From IMG/VR virus record IMGVR_UViG_2703718828_000002, positions 1 through 27,795 of that record: 27,795 nucleotides of DNA; one strand, written 5' to 3'. This document shows positions 7,724 to 15,476 of the stretch, piece by piece. A program made the translations under genes and the position numbers. Positions within the stretch are counted from its first letter, which is position 1; each line of letters begins with the position of its first letter. The DNA is from a virus (taxonomy: Duplodnaviria; Heunggongvirae; Uroviricota; Caudoviricetes). The notes beneath the pieces are model-generated. The model searched no databases and was not told the origin of the DNA. It saw only the letters and a list, made by a program, of their open reading frames with translations.

Positions 7724-7950
7724 TGGCTGATGCAATGGATCTTGTACAGCAGCGCGTTGAAGAAGAACGCCAGCGCCATATCCGTGCTGCCCGTGCCAAA
7801 ACGCCGGGCGTGTCCCGCGTGCTTTGCATTGAGTGTGAAGCGCCAATTCCGCCAGCACGCCGCCGCGCCATTCCAGGTGTGCAGCTTTGCATTACCTGTC
7901 AGGAAATCGCAGAACTGAAAGGCAAACATTACAACGGAGGTGCTGTATGA
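7723..7950 (+). CDS. DksA/TraR-type C4 zinc-finger protein
   Basis: 75 aa with CIECE...17 residues...CITCQ (Cys-x2-Cys...Cys-x2-Cys) at the C-terminus. Confidence 0.7.
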   Translation: MADAMDLVQQRVEEERQRHIRAARAKTPGVSRVLCIECEAPIPPARRRAIPGVQLCITCQEIAELKGKHYNGGAV

Positions 7951-8804
7951 GCACCATCCTGAAATGGGCGGGAAATAAAACCGCCATTATGTCCGAACTG
8001 AAAAAACACCTTCCTGCTGGCCCGCGACTGGTTGAACCTTTCGCGGGTTCCTGTGCTGTGATGATGGAGACGGATTACCCCAGCTATCTGGTTGCGGATA
8101 TTAATCCTGATTTAATCAACCTCTATAAAAAGGTTGCCGCTGATTGTGAATCGTTTATATCTCGCGCCAGAGTTTTATTTGAGATCGCAAACAGGGAGGT
8201 GGCTTATTACAACATAAGGCAGGAGTTTAATTACTCCACTGAAATTACTGATTTCATGAAAGCGGTATATTTCCTGTATCTCAATCGTCACGGTTACCGT
8301 GGTTTATGTCGCTATAACAAGAGCGGGCATTTCAACATTCCCTACGGTAATTATAAAAATCCGTATTTCCCTGAAAAAGAAATTCGCGCATTTGCAGAAA
8401 AAGCCCAGCGGGCAACGTTTATCTGCGCCAGCTTTGATGAAACGCTGGCGATGTTGAAGGCGGGGGATGTGGTGTATTGCGATCCGCCGTATGACGGCAC
8501 GTTTTCCGGTTATCACACTGACGGCTTCACTGAAGATGACCAGTATCACCTGGCATCCGTTCTTGAACATCGGTCATCAGAAGGACATCCGGTCATTGTT
8601 TCTAACAGTGACACATCCCTGATCCGTTCGCTGTATCGCAATTTTACTCACCACTACATCAAGGCAAAACGCAACATCGGTGTGGCAGCTGGCGAGGGTA
8701 AATCAGCAACAGAAATCATTGCTGTTTCCGGGCCGCGCTGCTGGGTGGGATTTGATTATTCGCGTGGCATGGACAGTTCTGCCGTGTACGGAGTACGTGC
8801 ATGA
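7947..8804 (+). CDS. dam: DNA adenine methyltransferase (Dam-like, N6-adenine)
   Basis: N-terminal LKWAGNK AdoMet-binding motif and catalytic DPPY (VYCDPPYDG). ATG 7947 with GGAGG 6 nt upstream, overlapping the previous stop (ATGA); the track start at 7887 has no RBS. Confidence 0.9.
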   Translation: MSTILKWAGNKTAIMSELKKHLPAGPRLVEPFAGSCAVMMETDYPSYLVADINPDLINLYKKVAADCESFISRARVLFEIANREVAYYNIRQEFNYSTEITDFMKAVYFLYLNRHGYRGLCRYNKSGHFNIPYGNYKNPYFPEKEIRAFAEKAQRATFICASFDETLAMLKAGDVVYCDPPYDGTFSGYHTDGFTEDDQYHLASVLEHRSSEGHPVIVSNSDTSLIRSLYRNFTHHYIKAKRNIGVAAGEGKSATEIIAVSGPRCWVGFDYSRGMDSSAVYGVRA

Positions 8805-11215
8805 GTCATGCCGATATGAACAACTGCTGCGGCTTTAACGAGGCTACCGCAGCATTCTCATGGAACAGCCCGAAAAAGGCCATTAACCCTTATCTGGACC
8901 CGGCGGAAGTTGCGCCGGTTTCTGCGCTTTCAAACCTGATCACTCTGTACGCTGCCGATAACGAGCAGGAACAACTGCGCCGTGAGGCACTGAGTGATCA
9001 GGTCTGGGAGCGTTATTTCTTTAATGAATCCCGTGATCCTGTCCAGCGCGAAATGGAGCAGGATAAGCTAATTAGCCGGGCAAAGCTGGCGCATGAGCAG
9101 CAGCGTTTTAATCCAGACATGGTCATTCTGGCGGATGTCAACGCCCAGCCTTCCCATATCAGCAAGCCGCTGATGCAACGTATTAAATACTTCAGCAACC
9201 TGGGCAGGCCAAAGGCTTATTCCCGCTATTTGCGTGAGACGATTAAGCCATGCTTGGAACGACTGGAGCATGTACGCGACAGCCAGCTATCTGCATCTTT
9301 TCGTTTTATGGCAAGCCATGAAGGGCTGGACGGTCTGCTGATCCTGCCTGAAATGAGTCAGGATCAGGTGAAACGCCTGTCCACCCTTGTCGCTGCGCAT
9401 ATGAGCATGTGTCTTGATGCCGCTTGTGGTGATTTGTACGCCTCCGATGATGTTAAGCCGGAAGAAATCCGCAAGACATGGGAAAAGGTGGCAGCAGAAA
9501 CCCTGCGACTGGATGTCATACCGCCTGCGTTTGAGCAACTCCGCCGGAAAAGAAACCGCCGCAAACCTGTGCCCTATGAACTCATTCCGGGTTCGCTGGC
9601 GCGTATGCTGTGCGCCGACTGGTGGTATCGGAAATTATGGAAGATGCGTTGCGAATGGCGGGAAGAGCAGTTGCGTGCTGTCTGTCTGGTCAGCAAAAAA
9701 GCATCTCCCTATGTCAGCTATGAAGCCGTGATGCATAAACGTGAGCAGCGCCGTAAGTCGCTGGAGTTTTTCCGTTCTCATGAACTGGTGAACGAAGACG
9801 GCGACACGCTGGACATGGAGGATGTGGTAAACGCCAGCAGCAGCAACCCTGCGCATCGCCGCAATGAGATGATGGCCTGTGTTAAAGGCCTGGAGCTTAT
9901 CGCGGAAATGCGCGGTGACTGCGCCGTTTTCTACACCATCACCTGTCCGTCACGTTTCCATTCCACGCTAAATAACGGCAGGCCCAACCCGACCTGGACA
10001 AATGCGACGGTAAGACAAAGCAGTGATTATCTGGTTGGCATGTTTGCTGCATTTCGTAAGGCGATGCACAAAGCCGGATTGCGCTGGTATGGCGTGCGGG
10101 TGGCTGAGCCGCATCATGACGGTACAGTTCACTGGCACCTGTTGTGTTTTATGCGCAAAAAAGATCGCCGCGCCATTACTGCTTTGTTGCGTAAGTTTGC
10201 CATTCGTGAAGACCGCGAGGAGCTGGGGAATAACACGGGACCACGCTTTAAGTCTGAGTTGATTAACCCGCGCAAAGGAACGCCGACAAGCTACATCGCG
10301 AAATATATCAGTAAGAACATTGACGGGCGTGGTCTGGCTGGCGAGATCAGCAAGGAAACGGGTAAATCCCTGCGTGATAACGCTGAATACGTGAATGCCT
10401 GGGCGTCTCTGCATCGTGTTCAGCAATTCCGCTTCTTTGGCATTCCGGGGCGTCAGGCTTACCGTGAACTGCGATTGCTGGCTGGTCAGGCGGCAAGGCA
10501 ACAGGGTGACAAAAAAGCAGGTGCGCCGGTACTGGATAACCCGCGCCTTGATGCCATCCTGGCTGCTGCTGATGCTGGTTGTTTTGCCACCTACATCATG
10601 AAGCAGGGCGGCGTACTGGTTCCCCGCAAATATCACCTCATCAGAACCGCTTATGAAATCAACGAAGAGCCAACCGCCTATGGCGATCACGGTATTCGTA
10701 TTTATGGCATCTGGTCACCCATTGCAGAGGGCAAGATCTGCACTCATGCAGTGAAGTGGAAAATGGTTCGTAAGGCCGTTGACGTTCAGGAGGCGGCAGC
10801 CGACCAGGGCGCTTGCGCCCCTTGGACTCGTGGCAATAACTGTCCCCTTGCTGAAAATTTGTACCAACAAGGGAAAGACAAATCAGCTGATGGGGATACC
10901 AGAACGGATATTACCCGTATGGATGACAAGGAGTTGCACGATTACCTGCACAGTATGAACAAAAAAGAACGCCGGGAACTGGCTGCAAGATTACGCCTGG
11001 TGAAACCGAAACGGCGTAGAGACTACAAACAGCGAATTACAGACCATCAACGACAGCAGCTCGTCTATGAACTGAAGTCCAGAGGATTTGATGGCAGCGA
11101 GAAAGAGGTCGATTTACTCCTTCGCGGCGGCAGCATTCCGTCAGGAGCAGGCCTGCGTGTCTTCTATCGGAACCAGCGTTTGCAGGAAGATGATAAGTGG
11201 CGGAACCTGTATTAA
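8801..11215 (+). CDS. A: Replication initiation protein A (rolling-circle nickase, P2 gpA family)
   Basis: 804 aa with HUH-type motif [10 protein letters not shown] and paired tyrosines YIAKYISK; ATGA overlap with the dam stop; size and position match P2/186 gene A. Confidence 0.9.
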   Translation: MSHADMNNCCGFNEATAAFSWNSPKKAINPYLDPAEVAPVSALSNLITLYAADNEQEQLRREALSDQVWERYFFNESRDPVQREMEQDKLISRAKLAHEQQRFNPDMVILADVNAQPSHISKPLMQRIKYFSNLGRPKAYSRYLRETIKPCLERLEHVRDSQLSASFRFMASHEGLDGLLILPEMSQDQVKRLSTLVAAHMSMCLDAACGDLYASDDVKPEEIRKTWEKVAAETLRLDVIPPAFEQLRRKRNRRKPVPYELIPGSLARMLCADWWYRKLWKMRCEWREEQLRAVCLVSKKASPYVSYEAVMHKREQRRKSLEFFRSHELVNEDGDTLDMEDVVNASSSNPAHRRNEMMACVKGLELIAEMRGDCAVFYTITCPSRFHSTLNNGRPNPTWTNATVRQSSDYLVGMFAAFRKAMHKAGLRWYGVRVAEPHHDGTVHWHLLCFMRKKDRRAITALLRKFAIREDREELGNNTGPRFKSELINPRKGTPTSYIAKYISKNIDGRGLAGEISKETGKSLRDNAEYVNAWASLHRVQQFRFFGIPGRQAYRELRLLAGQAARQQGDKKAGAPVLDNPRLDAILAAADAGCFATYIMKQGGVLVPRKYHLIRTAYEINEEPTAYGDHGIRIYGIWSPIAEGKICTHAVKWKMVRKAVDVQEAAADQGACAPWTRGNNCPLAENLYQQGKDKSADGDTRTDITRMDDKELHDYLHSMNKKERRELAARLRLVKPKRRRDYKQRITDHQRQQLVYELKSRGFDGSEKEVDLLLRGGSIPSGAGLRVFYRNQRLQEDDKWRNLY

Positions 11216-11307
11216 TTACGCGGGTTAACAATTCGTGCTCTTAATAATACCAGGCATATCAGGCTGATGAACGTAAAAAAACGTTTTACATCAGTAAGAT
11301 TATTGTA

Positions 11308-11327
11308 TACTGTAAATATAAACAGTG
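11308..11327 (+). promoter_or_regulatory. LexA (SOS) box
   Basis: TACTGTAAATATAAACAGTG contains a perfect CTGT-N8-ACAG with AT-rich spacer (core 11310-11325), about 40 nt upstream of the small ORF at 11369. Confidence 0.6.
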
Positions 11328-11368
11328 GTTATGCATACAGTATTGCGTGTGGTGTCATAGGAGGAAAG

Positions 11369-11557
11369 ATGCAGGACTATTTTTTGGAGTCTTTGAAGCT
11401 CCAGCGCATTGATTTTTTTCTTAAGCTTGTAGCGGCCAGTGAGTGTAGTGATGAAGAGAAGGGGCTGGCTCTGCAGTGGGTTTCTGAATTGACTGATGAA
11501 CTCATGGCAAAAATCAGAACCCACGAATACAACCGCTCAATGGATGTCATCAGTTGA
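11369..11557 (+). CDS. Small hypothetical protein, first gene of the LexA-boxed module
   Basis: ATG 11369 with AGGAGGA RBS (11359-11365); 62 aa; its TGA stop (11555-11557) is embedded in the RBS of the next gene. Confidence 0.5.
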   Translation: MQDYFLESLKLQRIDFFLKLVAASECSDEEKGLALQWVSELTDELMAKIRTHEYNRSMDVIS

Positions 11558-11567
11558 GGTGACTTTT

Positions 11568-11801
11568 ATGCGCATTGAAATAATGATCGATAAAGAGCAG
11601 AAGATTAGCCAGTCTACCCTGGACTCTCTTGAATCCGAGCTTTACCGCAATCTGAGCCCCCTGTATCCCAAAGCGGTAATTCGTATCCGTAAAGGTAGCG
11701 CCAATGGTGTTGAACTGAGCGGGTTAAAACTGGATGAAGACAAAAAGCGAGTGATAGAAATCATGCAGCAGGTCTGGGAGGACGATAGTTGGTTACATTA
11801 G
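11568..11801 (+). CDS. DinI-family protein (SOS-inducible, possible Tum-like antirepressor component)
   Basis: 77 aa MRIEIMIDKEQ...IRIRKGSANGVELSGLKLDEDKKRVIEIMQQVWEDDSWLH aligns by eye with E. coli DinI (MRIEVTIAK...ISEILQETWESADDWF); RBS GAGGTGA 11556-11562. Confidence 0.7.
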   Translation: MRIEIMIDKEQKISQSTLDSLESELYRNLSPLYPKAVIRIRKGSANGVELSGLKLDEDKKRVIEIMQQVWEDDSWLH

Positions 11802-11842
11802 CGAACAGAATTTAGCCAAGCGATAAGTCATTCATCCAAGGG

Positions 11843-11865
11843 GGCGGCGTTTGCCGCACTTTTAT
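11843..11865 (+). terminator. Candidate terminator after the DinI-like gene
   Basis: GGCGGCG-TTT-GCCGC hairpin followed by ACTTTTAT; marks the boundary between GC-rich phage DNA and the AT-rich cargo block. Confidence 0.35.
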
Positions 11866-11998
11866 GGATGTTAGAACTAGTATTTTAGATCTTTATTTTA
11901 TTTAACATTTTGATTGTTATGCATTTTATTTGTTTTTGTTACTTTTGTCTGTAAAAATTTTGTAGGGTAAAATCATCATCGAAGTCGAGTTAAAATGA

Positions 11999-12007
11999 TG
12001 CTACAAT
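11999..12007 (+). promoter_or_regulatory. Candidate extended -10 promoter for MTase copy 2
   Basis: TGcTACAAT at 11999-12007, about 27 nt upstream of the TTG start; RBS AGGGAGGA at 12021-12028. Confidence 0.3.
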
Positions 12008-12034
12008 CCTTCAAGTATAGAGGGAGGACTTATT

Positions 12035-13075
12035 TTGATTAAAGTTGTTGATCTTTTTTGCGGAGCAGGTGGCTTAACTCATGGTTTGCAACGAGCAGGG
12101 TTGAATGTGGTTGCAGGCTATGATATTGATGCTACATGTCGGTATGCTTATGAAAAAAATAACAATGCTTTATTTGTGCAAAAAAGCGTCACTGAACTTG
12201 ATGAAGGGGAAATAAGTAAGCATTTTAAGGATGCATCAATTAAAGTTTTAGCTGGATGCGCTCCATGCCAGCCATTTTCTAGTTATACAAATACTGATAA
12301 ATCAGTAAAAAAAATAAAAGACCATCGATGGTCTTTATTGTATAGCTTTGCTAAGCAAATTCAATTATGTGCTCCAGATATAGTCACAATGGAGAATGTT
12401 CCAAGAGTTATTAACCACAAAGTTTTTAAAGATTTTGTGAAGACTTTAAAGTCTGAAGGGTATTTCGTTTGGTATGATACTGTATTTTGTCCTGATTATG
12501 GAATGGCCCAAAGCCGATCTAGATTAGTGTTATTAGCGTCCAAGTTTGGCGAGATAAAACTAATCCCGCCAACACATGATAAAAATAACTATAACACTGT
12601 ACGTAGCGTTATTGGTGGATTGCCTCCTATTGATGCTGGATCGAGTGATGAGAAAGACAGACTTCATTATGCTGCATCTTTATCACCATTAAATATGGAG
12701 CGAATAAAACATTCTAAGCCAGGTGGAACATGGAAAGATTGGCCTGAGTACTTACGGGCGTCATGCCACACCAAAGAATCAGGATCTTCTTACACTGCAG
12801 TTTATGGAAGAATGAGCTGGGATAAACTTGGCTCTACAATTACAACACAATGTATAGGTTTTGGTAATGGTCGATTTGGTCATCCAGAACAAAATAGAGC
12901 TATTAGCCTAAGAGAGGCAGCTTTGCTTCAATCTTTTCCTCTAACTTATGAATTTTGGCCAGCTGAAGTAAAAGTTGAACTCAGGAATGTTGCACGACTG
13001 ATTGGTAATGCTGTGCCGGTGAGGCTCGGTGAAGTTGTTGGGCAAAGTATTATTGAACACCTTAAAAGAAAATAA
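12035..13075 (+). CDS. DNA cytosine-5 methyltransferase (Dcm-like m5C MTase), copy 2, paralogous to copy 1
   Basis: 346 aa with DLFCGAGG, GCAPCQPFS, ENV, QSRSR and GNAVPV motifs; collinear by eye with the 160..1191 protein along its whole length; TTG start with strong SD; AT-rich. Confidence 0.9.
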   Translation: MIKVVDLFCGAGGLTHGLQRAGLNVVAGYDIDATCRYAYEKNNNALFVQKSVTELDEGEISKHFKDASIKVLAGCAPCQPFSSYTNTDKSVKKIKDHRWSLLYSFAKQIQLCAPDIVTMENVPRVINHKVFKDFVKTLKSEGYFVWYDTVFCPDYGMAQSRSRLVLLASKFGEIKLIPPTHDKNNYNTVRSVIGGLPPIDAGSSDEKDRLHYAASLSPLNMERIKHSKPGGTWKDWPEYLRASCHTKESGSSYTAVYGRMSWDKLGSTITTQCIGFGNGRFGHPEQNRAISLREAALLQSFPLTYEFWPAEVKVELRNVARLIGNAVPVRLGEVVGQSIIEHLKRK

Positions 13076-13099
13076 AAAGGGCGAATCGCCCTTTTTTTT
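13074..13099. terminator. Bidirectional terminator shared by the convergent MTase and GHKL genes
   Basis: A-run, GGGCG-AAT-CGCCC hairpin, T8 run; overlaps both stop codons (13073-13075 and 13098-13100). Confidence 0.5.
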
Positions 13100-15056
13100 A
13101 GATACCATCAACAATTTTCATTATTCGTGCAGCATCATCTTTTTTGCTCTGATACTCAGAGTATGCTTGTTTGGATTGTATTATAAGATCGCTATATGTT
13201 AATACCTTTGCATTTATAGATTGTAGCTGTGAGCGAATATAATTATCTCCACTTCCGTCATAACCTTTGCCGACAAGAAAAACTACATCTATCGGTGGTA
13301 TTTTTCCGGCAGGGCAACTATTTGGGTTGTTTCTAAACCACTGCTCTGTGGCAACAACATATTTCCTTCCTTGACCTACTAATGCCAAAATATCAGGATA
13401 TACATTTGGTCTTTTCATTTCAATGATGACGTGTTTACCTGAAACGGTTTTGAAGGCTATATCAATTCTTGCACCACTTTCAGCGTCAGGGTTAACCTCT
13501 TTCAATTCCTTAGTCAGGGTTTGTTCCATAACTGTAGAACCAGTAACCCTCTCCCATGATGGGTCTAACAGCCATAAGTGGTCATAAAGATATTTTTGTA
13601 CAGCCTTCTCTAACTCATTGTCATCGGTGATTTTTTGAAATTTCTCAATAACTTTCAATCGCTGTGATGTAATCTCATAAAAAAGGCTTGCCTCAATATC
13701 ATTTACAGAAGCAAAAACCTCCCTAAAATGTTCTGAGTTTAAATCGCTAATTTTATCTAAAGCCTCAAGGTTATCTTTTATTCTTAATCTTTCAAAAGCA
13801 AGAACTGTATTTTTTAATACGGTTTTTTTTGCAATTTTCTGGTTTTCTTCATCTCCAGAAAATCTAAATGTGTTAATTTTGCCTAGTAATTTTTCGGCGC
13901 TGTTTCTTTCATGTTTTGACATGGAATCAAGCCAATCACTTACAGCAGGTGAAGTTTTTTTAACCTCGCTAAGACCTTTTGCTCTTCGCCATTCATCCCA
14001 TTCTTTATCTATTTTTTGTAATGTCCGTTCTAAGAAACCCTTAATCACAGGATAGCGTGGATCATTCTGCTGTAATTTCTGTCGGGATGAGGTTGCCATG
14101 TCAGGTTTTTCATTTTCATCTAAAAAATCTGCGACAAGTTCCCCTACTAAATAATTTGTAAAAACCTTTGCGCTTCCGAATTCAAGCAATATATCTTCTT
14201 CAAATACCCGCCCATTTGATATTACGGTTATCGTGTTGTTAGATATTTCAGGGTCTTTTTTAAGTTGAGATGGTTTCTCAACACTTCCTACATAACCAGT
14301 AATGAAATAATCTACGCCTTCAAAAGATAATTTGTTATCTAGAAGGCTTTTTTTAGAAAGATTTTTGCAAGATTTTACTCTTGCGGGATCTGAACTACCA
14401 AACTCCCATAAAAATTCAAGATCTGAAAGGAAGTCTCTATCTTCAGTAGTTATCTCAGTGTCATTGATTTTAACTATAAAATCATGACCAGGACCAATTA
14501 TGCTAAACCGTCTGGCAAGTCTTTTTCTTAGATAGGTCTGAGTTCTATCAATGGATTTTTTTAAATCCATAAGAACTATTGTCGTCCCTATACTAAAGTC
14601 TTTCGGAACATTAATAATATTTGCAACATATTGTTTACTGCTTTTTATACAGCGTTGCAATTCATCAACGTCAACTTCAAATCCCTGAGGCGTTTGGCCA
14701 ATTTTGTGAGAAAATACTTGGATTTTGTTAGCTAATGAAAACATTGCTAATTTACCAATGCCTTTTCTACCCATGACTTGTCGTTGTAATCCATCACTTT
14801 TATACCTTCCACTTTCTCTTCTGGCATATCCAACTTTTAGGAATTTATTAATGATGTCATCTTTTGACATTCCATGTCCATCATCTTTAATTATTACCTT
14901 TTCATTTTCAACATCTAGAGTGATGTCTACATTTTTAGCATCCGCATCCCAAGCATTTGAGATTATTTCAGTTAGAACAGCTGGTGTGTTAGAGTAAAGA
15001 CTCATACCTAAATGATTCAATACATTCAGGTCTATTTTAATTTCGAAATCGGACAT
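13098..15056 (-). CDS. GHKL-superfamily ATPase (MORC/MutL/Hsp90-like Bergerat fold) with C-terminal PD-(D/E)xK-like motif; candidate effector partner of MTase copy 2
   Basis: 652 aa. N-terminus carries N-box EIISNAWDADA, G1 box DDGHGM and G2 box GRKGIGKLAMFS; C-terminus carries RIDIAF...12 residues...IIEMKRP (D...ExK). ATG at rc 15054-15056 with AAGGA RBS; AT-rich. Confidence 0.8.
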   Translation of the reverse strand: MSDFEIKIDLNVLNHLGMSLYSNTPAVLTEIISNAWDADAKNVDITLDVENEKVIIKDDGHGMSKDDIINKFLKVGYARRESGRYKSDGLQRQVMGRKGIGKLAMFSLANKIQVFSHKIGQTPQGFEVDVDELQRCIKSSKQYVANIINVPKDFSIGTTIVLMDLKKSIDRTQTYLRKRLARRFSIIGPGHDFIVKINDTEITTEDRDFLSDLEFLWEFGSSDPARVKSCKNLSKKSLLDNKLSFEGVDYFITGYVGSVEKPSQLKKDPEISNNTITVISNGRVFEEDILLEFGSAKVFTNYLVGELVADFLDENEKPDMATSSRQKLQQNDPRYPVIKGFLERTLQKIDKEWDEWRRAKGLSEVKKTSPAVSDWLDSMSKHERNSAEKLLGKINTFRFSGDEENQKIAKKTVLKNTVLAFERLRIKDNLEALDKISDLNSEHFREVFASVNDIEASLFYEITSQRLKVIEKFQKITDDNELEKAVQKYLYDHLWLLDPSWERVTGSTVMEQTLTKELKEVNPDAESGARIDIAFKTVSGKHVIIEMKRPNVYPDILALVGQGRKYVVATEQWFRNNPNSCPAGKIPPIDVVFLVGKGYDGSGDNYIRSQLQSINAKVLTYSDLIIQSKQAYSEYQSKKDDAARIMKIVDGI

Positions 15057-15121
15057 ATCCTTTCCTTGCTGAAGCTTGTAGGCAGAGCTTAAGCCTACTC
15101 ATGTGAACAAAATCCCTCGAA

Positions 15122-15150
15122 ACTAAACATTGATTTTGACTAAATGTCAA
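15122..15150 (-). promoter_or_regulatory. Candidate promoter for the GHKL gene overlapping a 15-nt palindrome
   Basis: Minus strand TTGACA (rc 15145-15150), 17-nt spacer, TTTAGT (rc 15122-15127); TTGACTAAATGTCAA (15136-15150) is a perfect 5-5 inverted repeat that includes the -35. Confidence 0.35.
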
Positions 15151-15296
15151 ATGTAGATGTTGCCTTGTGTAATGCATATCTATGCTGCATGAATACGCAT
15201 GATCTCTTAAGGATCGCTTTTGTTGAAGCACGCCAGAATTGGCGGGCTTTTGCTTATGTCATGCATGTGCATGAAAACTACTACATGAAGCGGGCA

Positions 15297-15315
15297 GGCG
15301 TGGCGGGGATACGAG
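15297..15315. other. Candidate cos site (cohesive-end sequence of P2/186 type)
   Basis: GGCGTGGCGGGGATACGAG matches the first 13 nt of the 19-nt cohesive end recalled for P2/186 (GGCG[A/T]GGCGGGGAAAGCA...); located just beyond the portal gene end, as cos is in P2. Confidence 0.45.
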
Positions 15316-15403
15316 CGCGCGCAGCGGGGTAAAATGGCCAAAATCCGGCGCAGCCTCTGGCCCGCTGGCGGCCTCATTTTGCGTAGGGGGGATAAATGTC
15401 AGG

Positions 15404-15441
15404 ACAAAAAGAAACGCCCCGCAGAATGCTGCTGGGGCGTT
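15404..15441 (-). terminator. Rho-independent terminator after the portal gene
   Basis: Minus strand AACGCCCCAGCAG-CATT-CTGCGGGGCGTT followed by TCTTTTTGT; about 36 nt downstream of the Q stop. Confidence 0.5.
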
Positions 15442-15476
15442 GTGAGAATTGGTCAGTTATTGATGTTGTGAGTATG

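Noticed and set aside
7887-7946. Upstream start for the Dam methylase as given in the ORF track
   Set aside because: No RBS; the ATG at 7947 has GGAGG 6 nt upstream, begins at the conserved KWAGNK N-terminus, and overlaps the previous stop.
9968-10690. 240-aa minus-strand ORF
   Set aside because: Antisense inside the replication initiator A gene; no RBS and no recognisable motif.
11369-11801. Single frameshifted Tum-like pseudogene spanning both small ORFs
   Set aside because: The first ORF's stop codon is embedded in a good RBS (GAGGTGA) correctly spaced before the ATG of the DinI-like ORF, which favours two intact coupled genes over a decayed single gene. Not excluded without alignment to 186 Tum.
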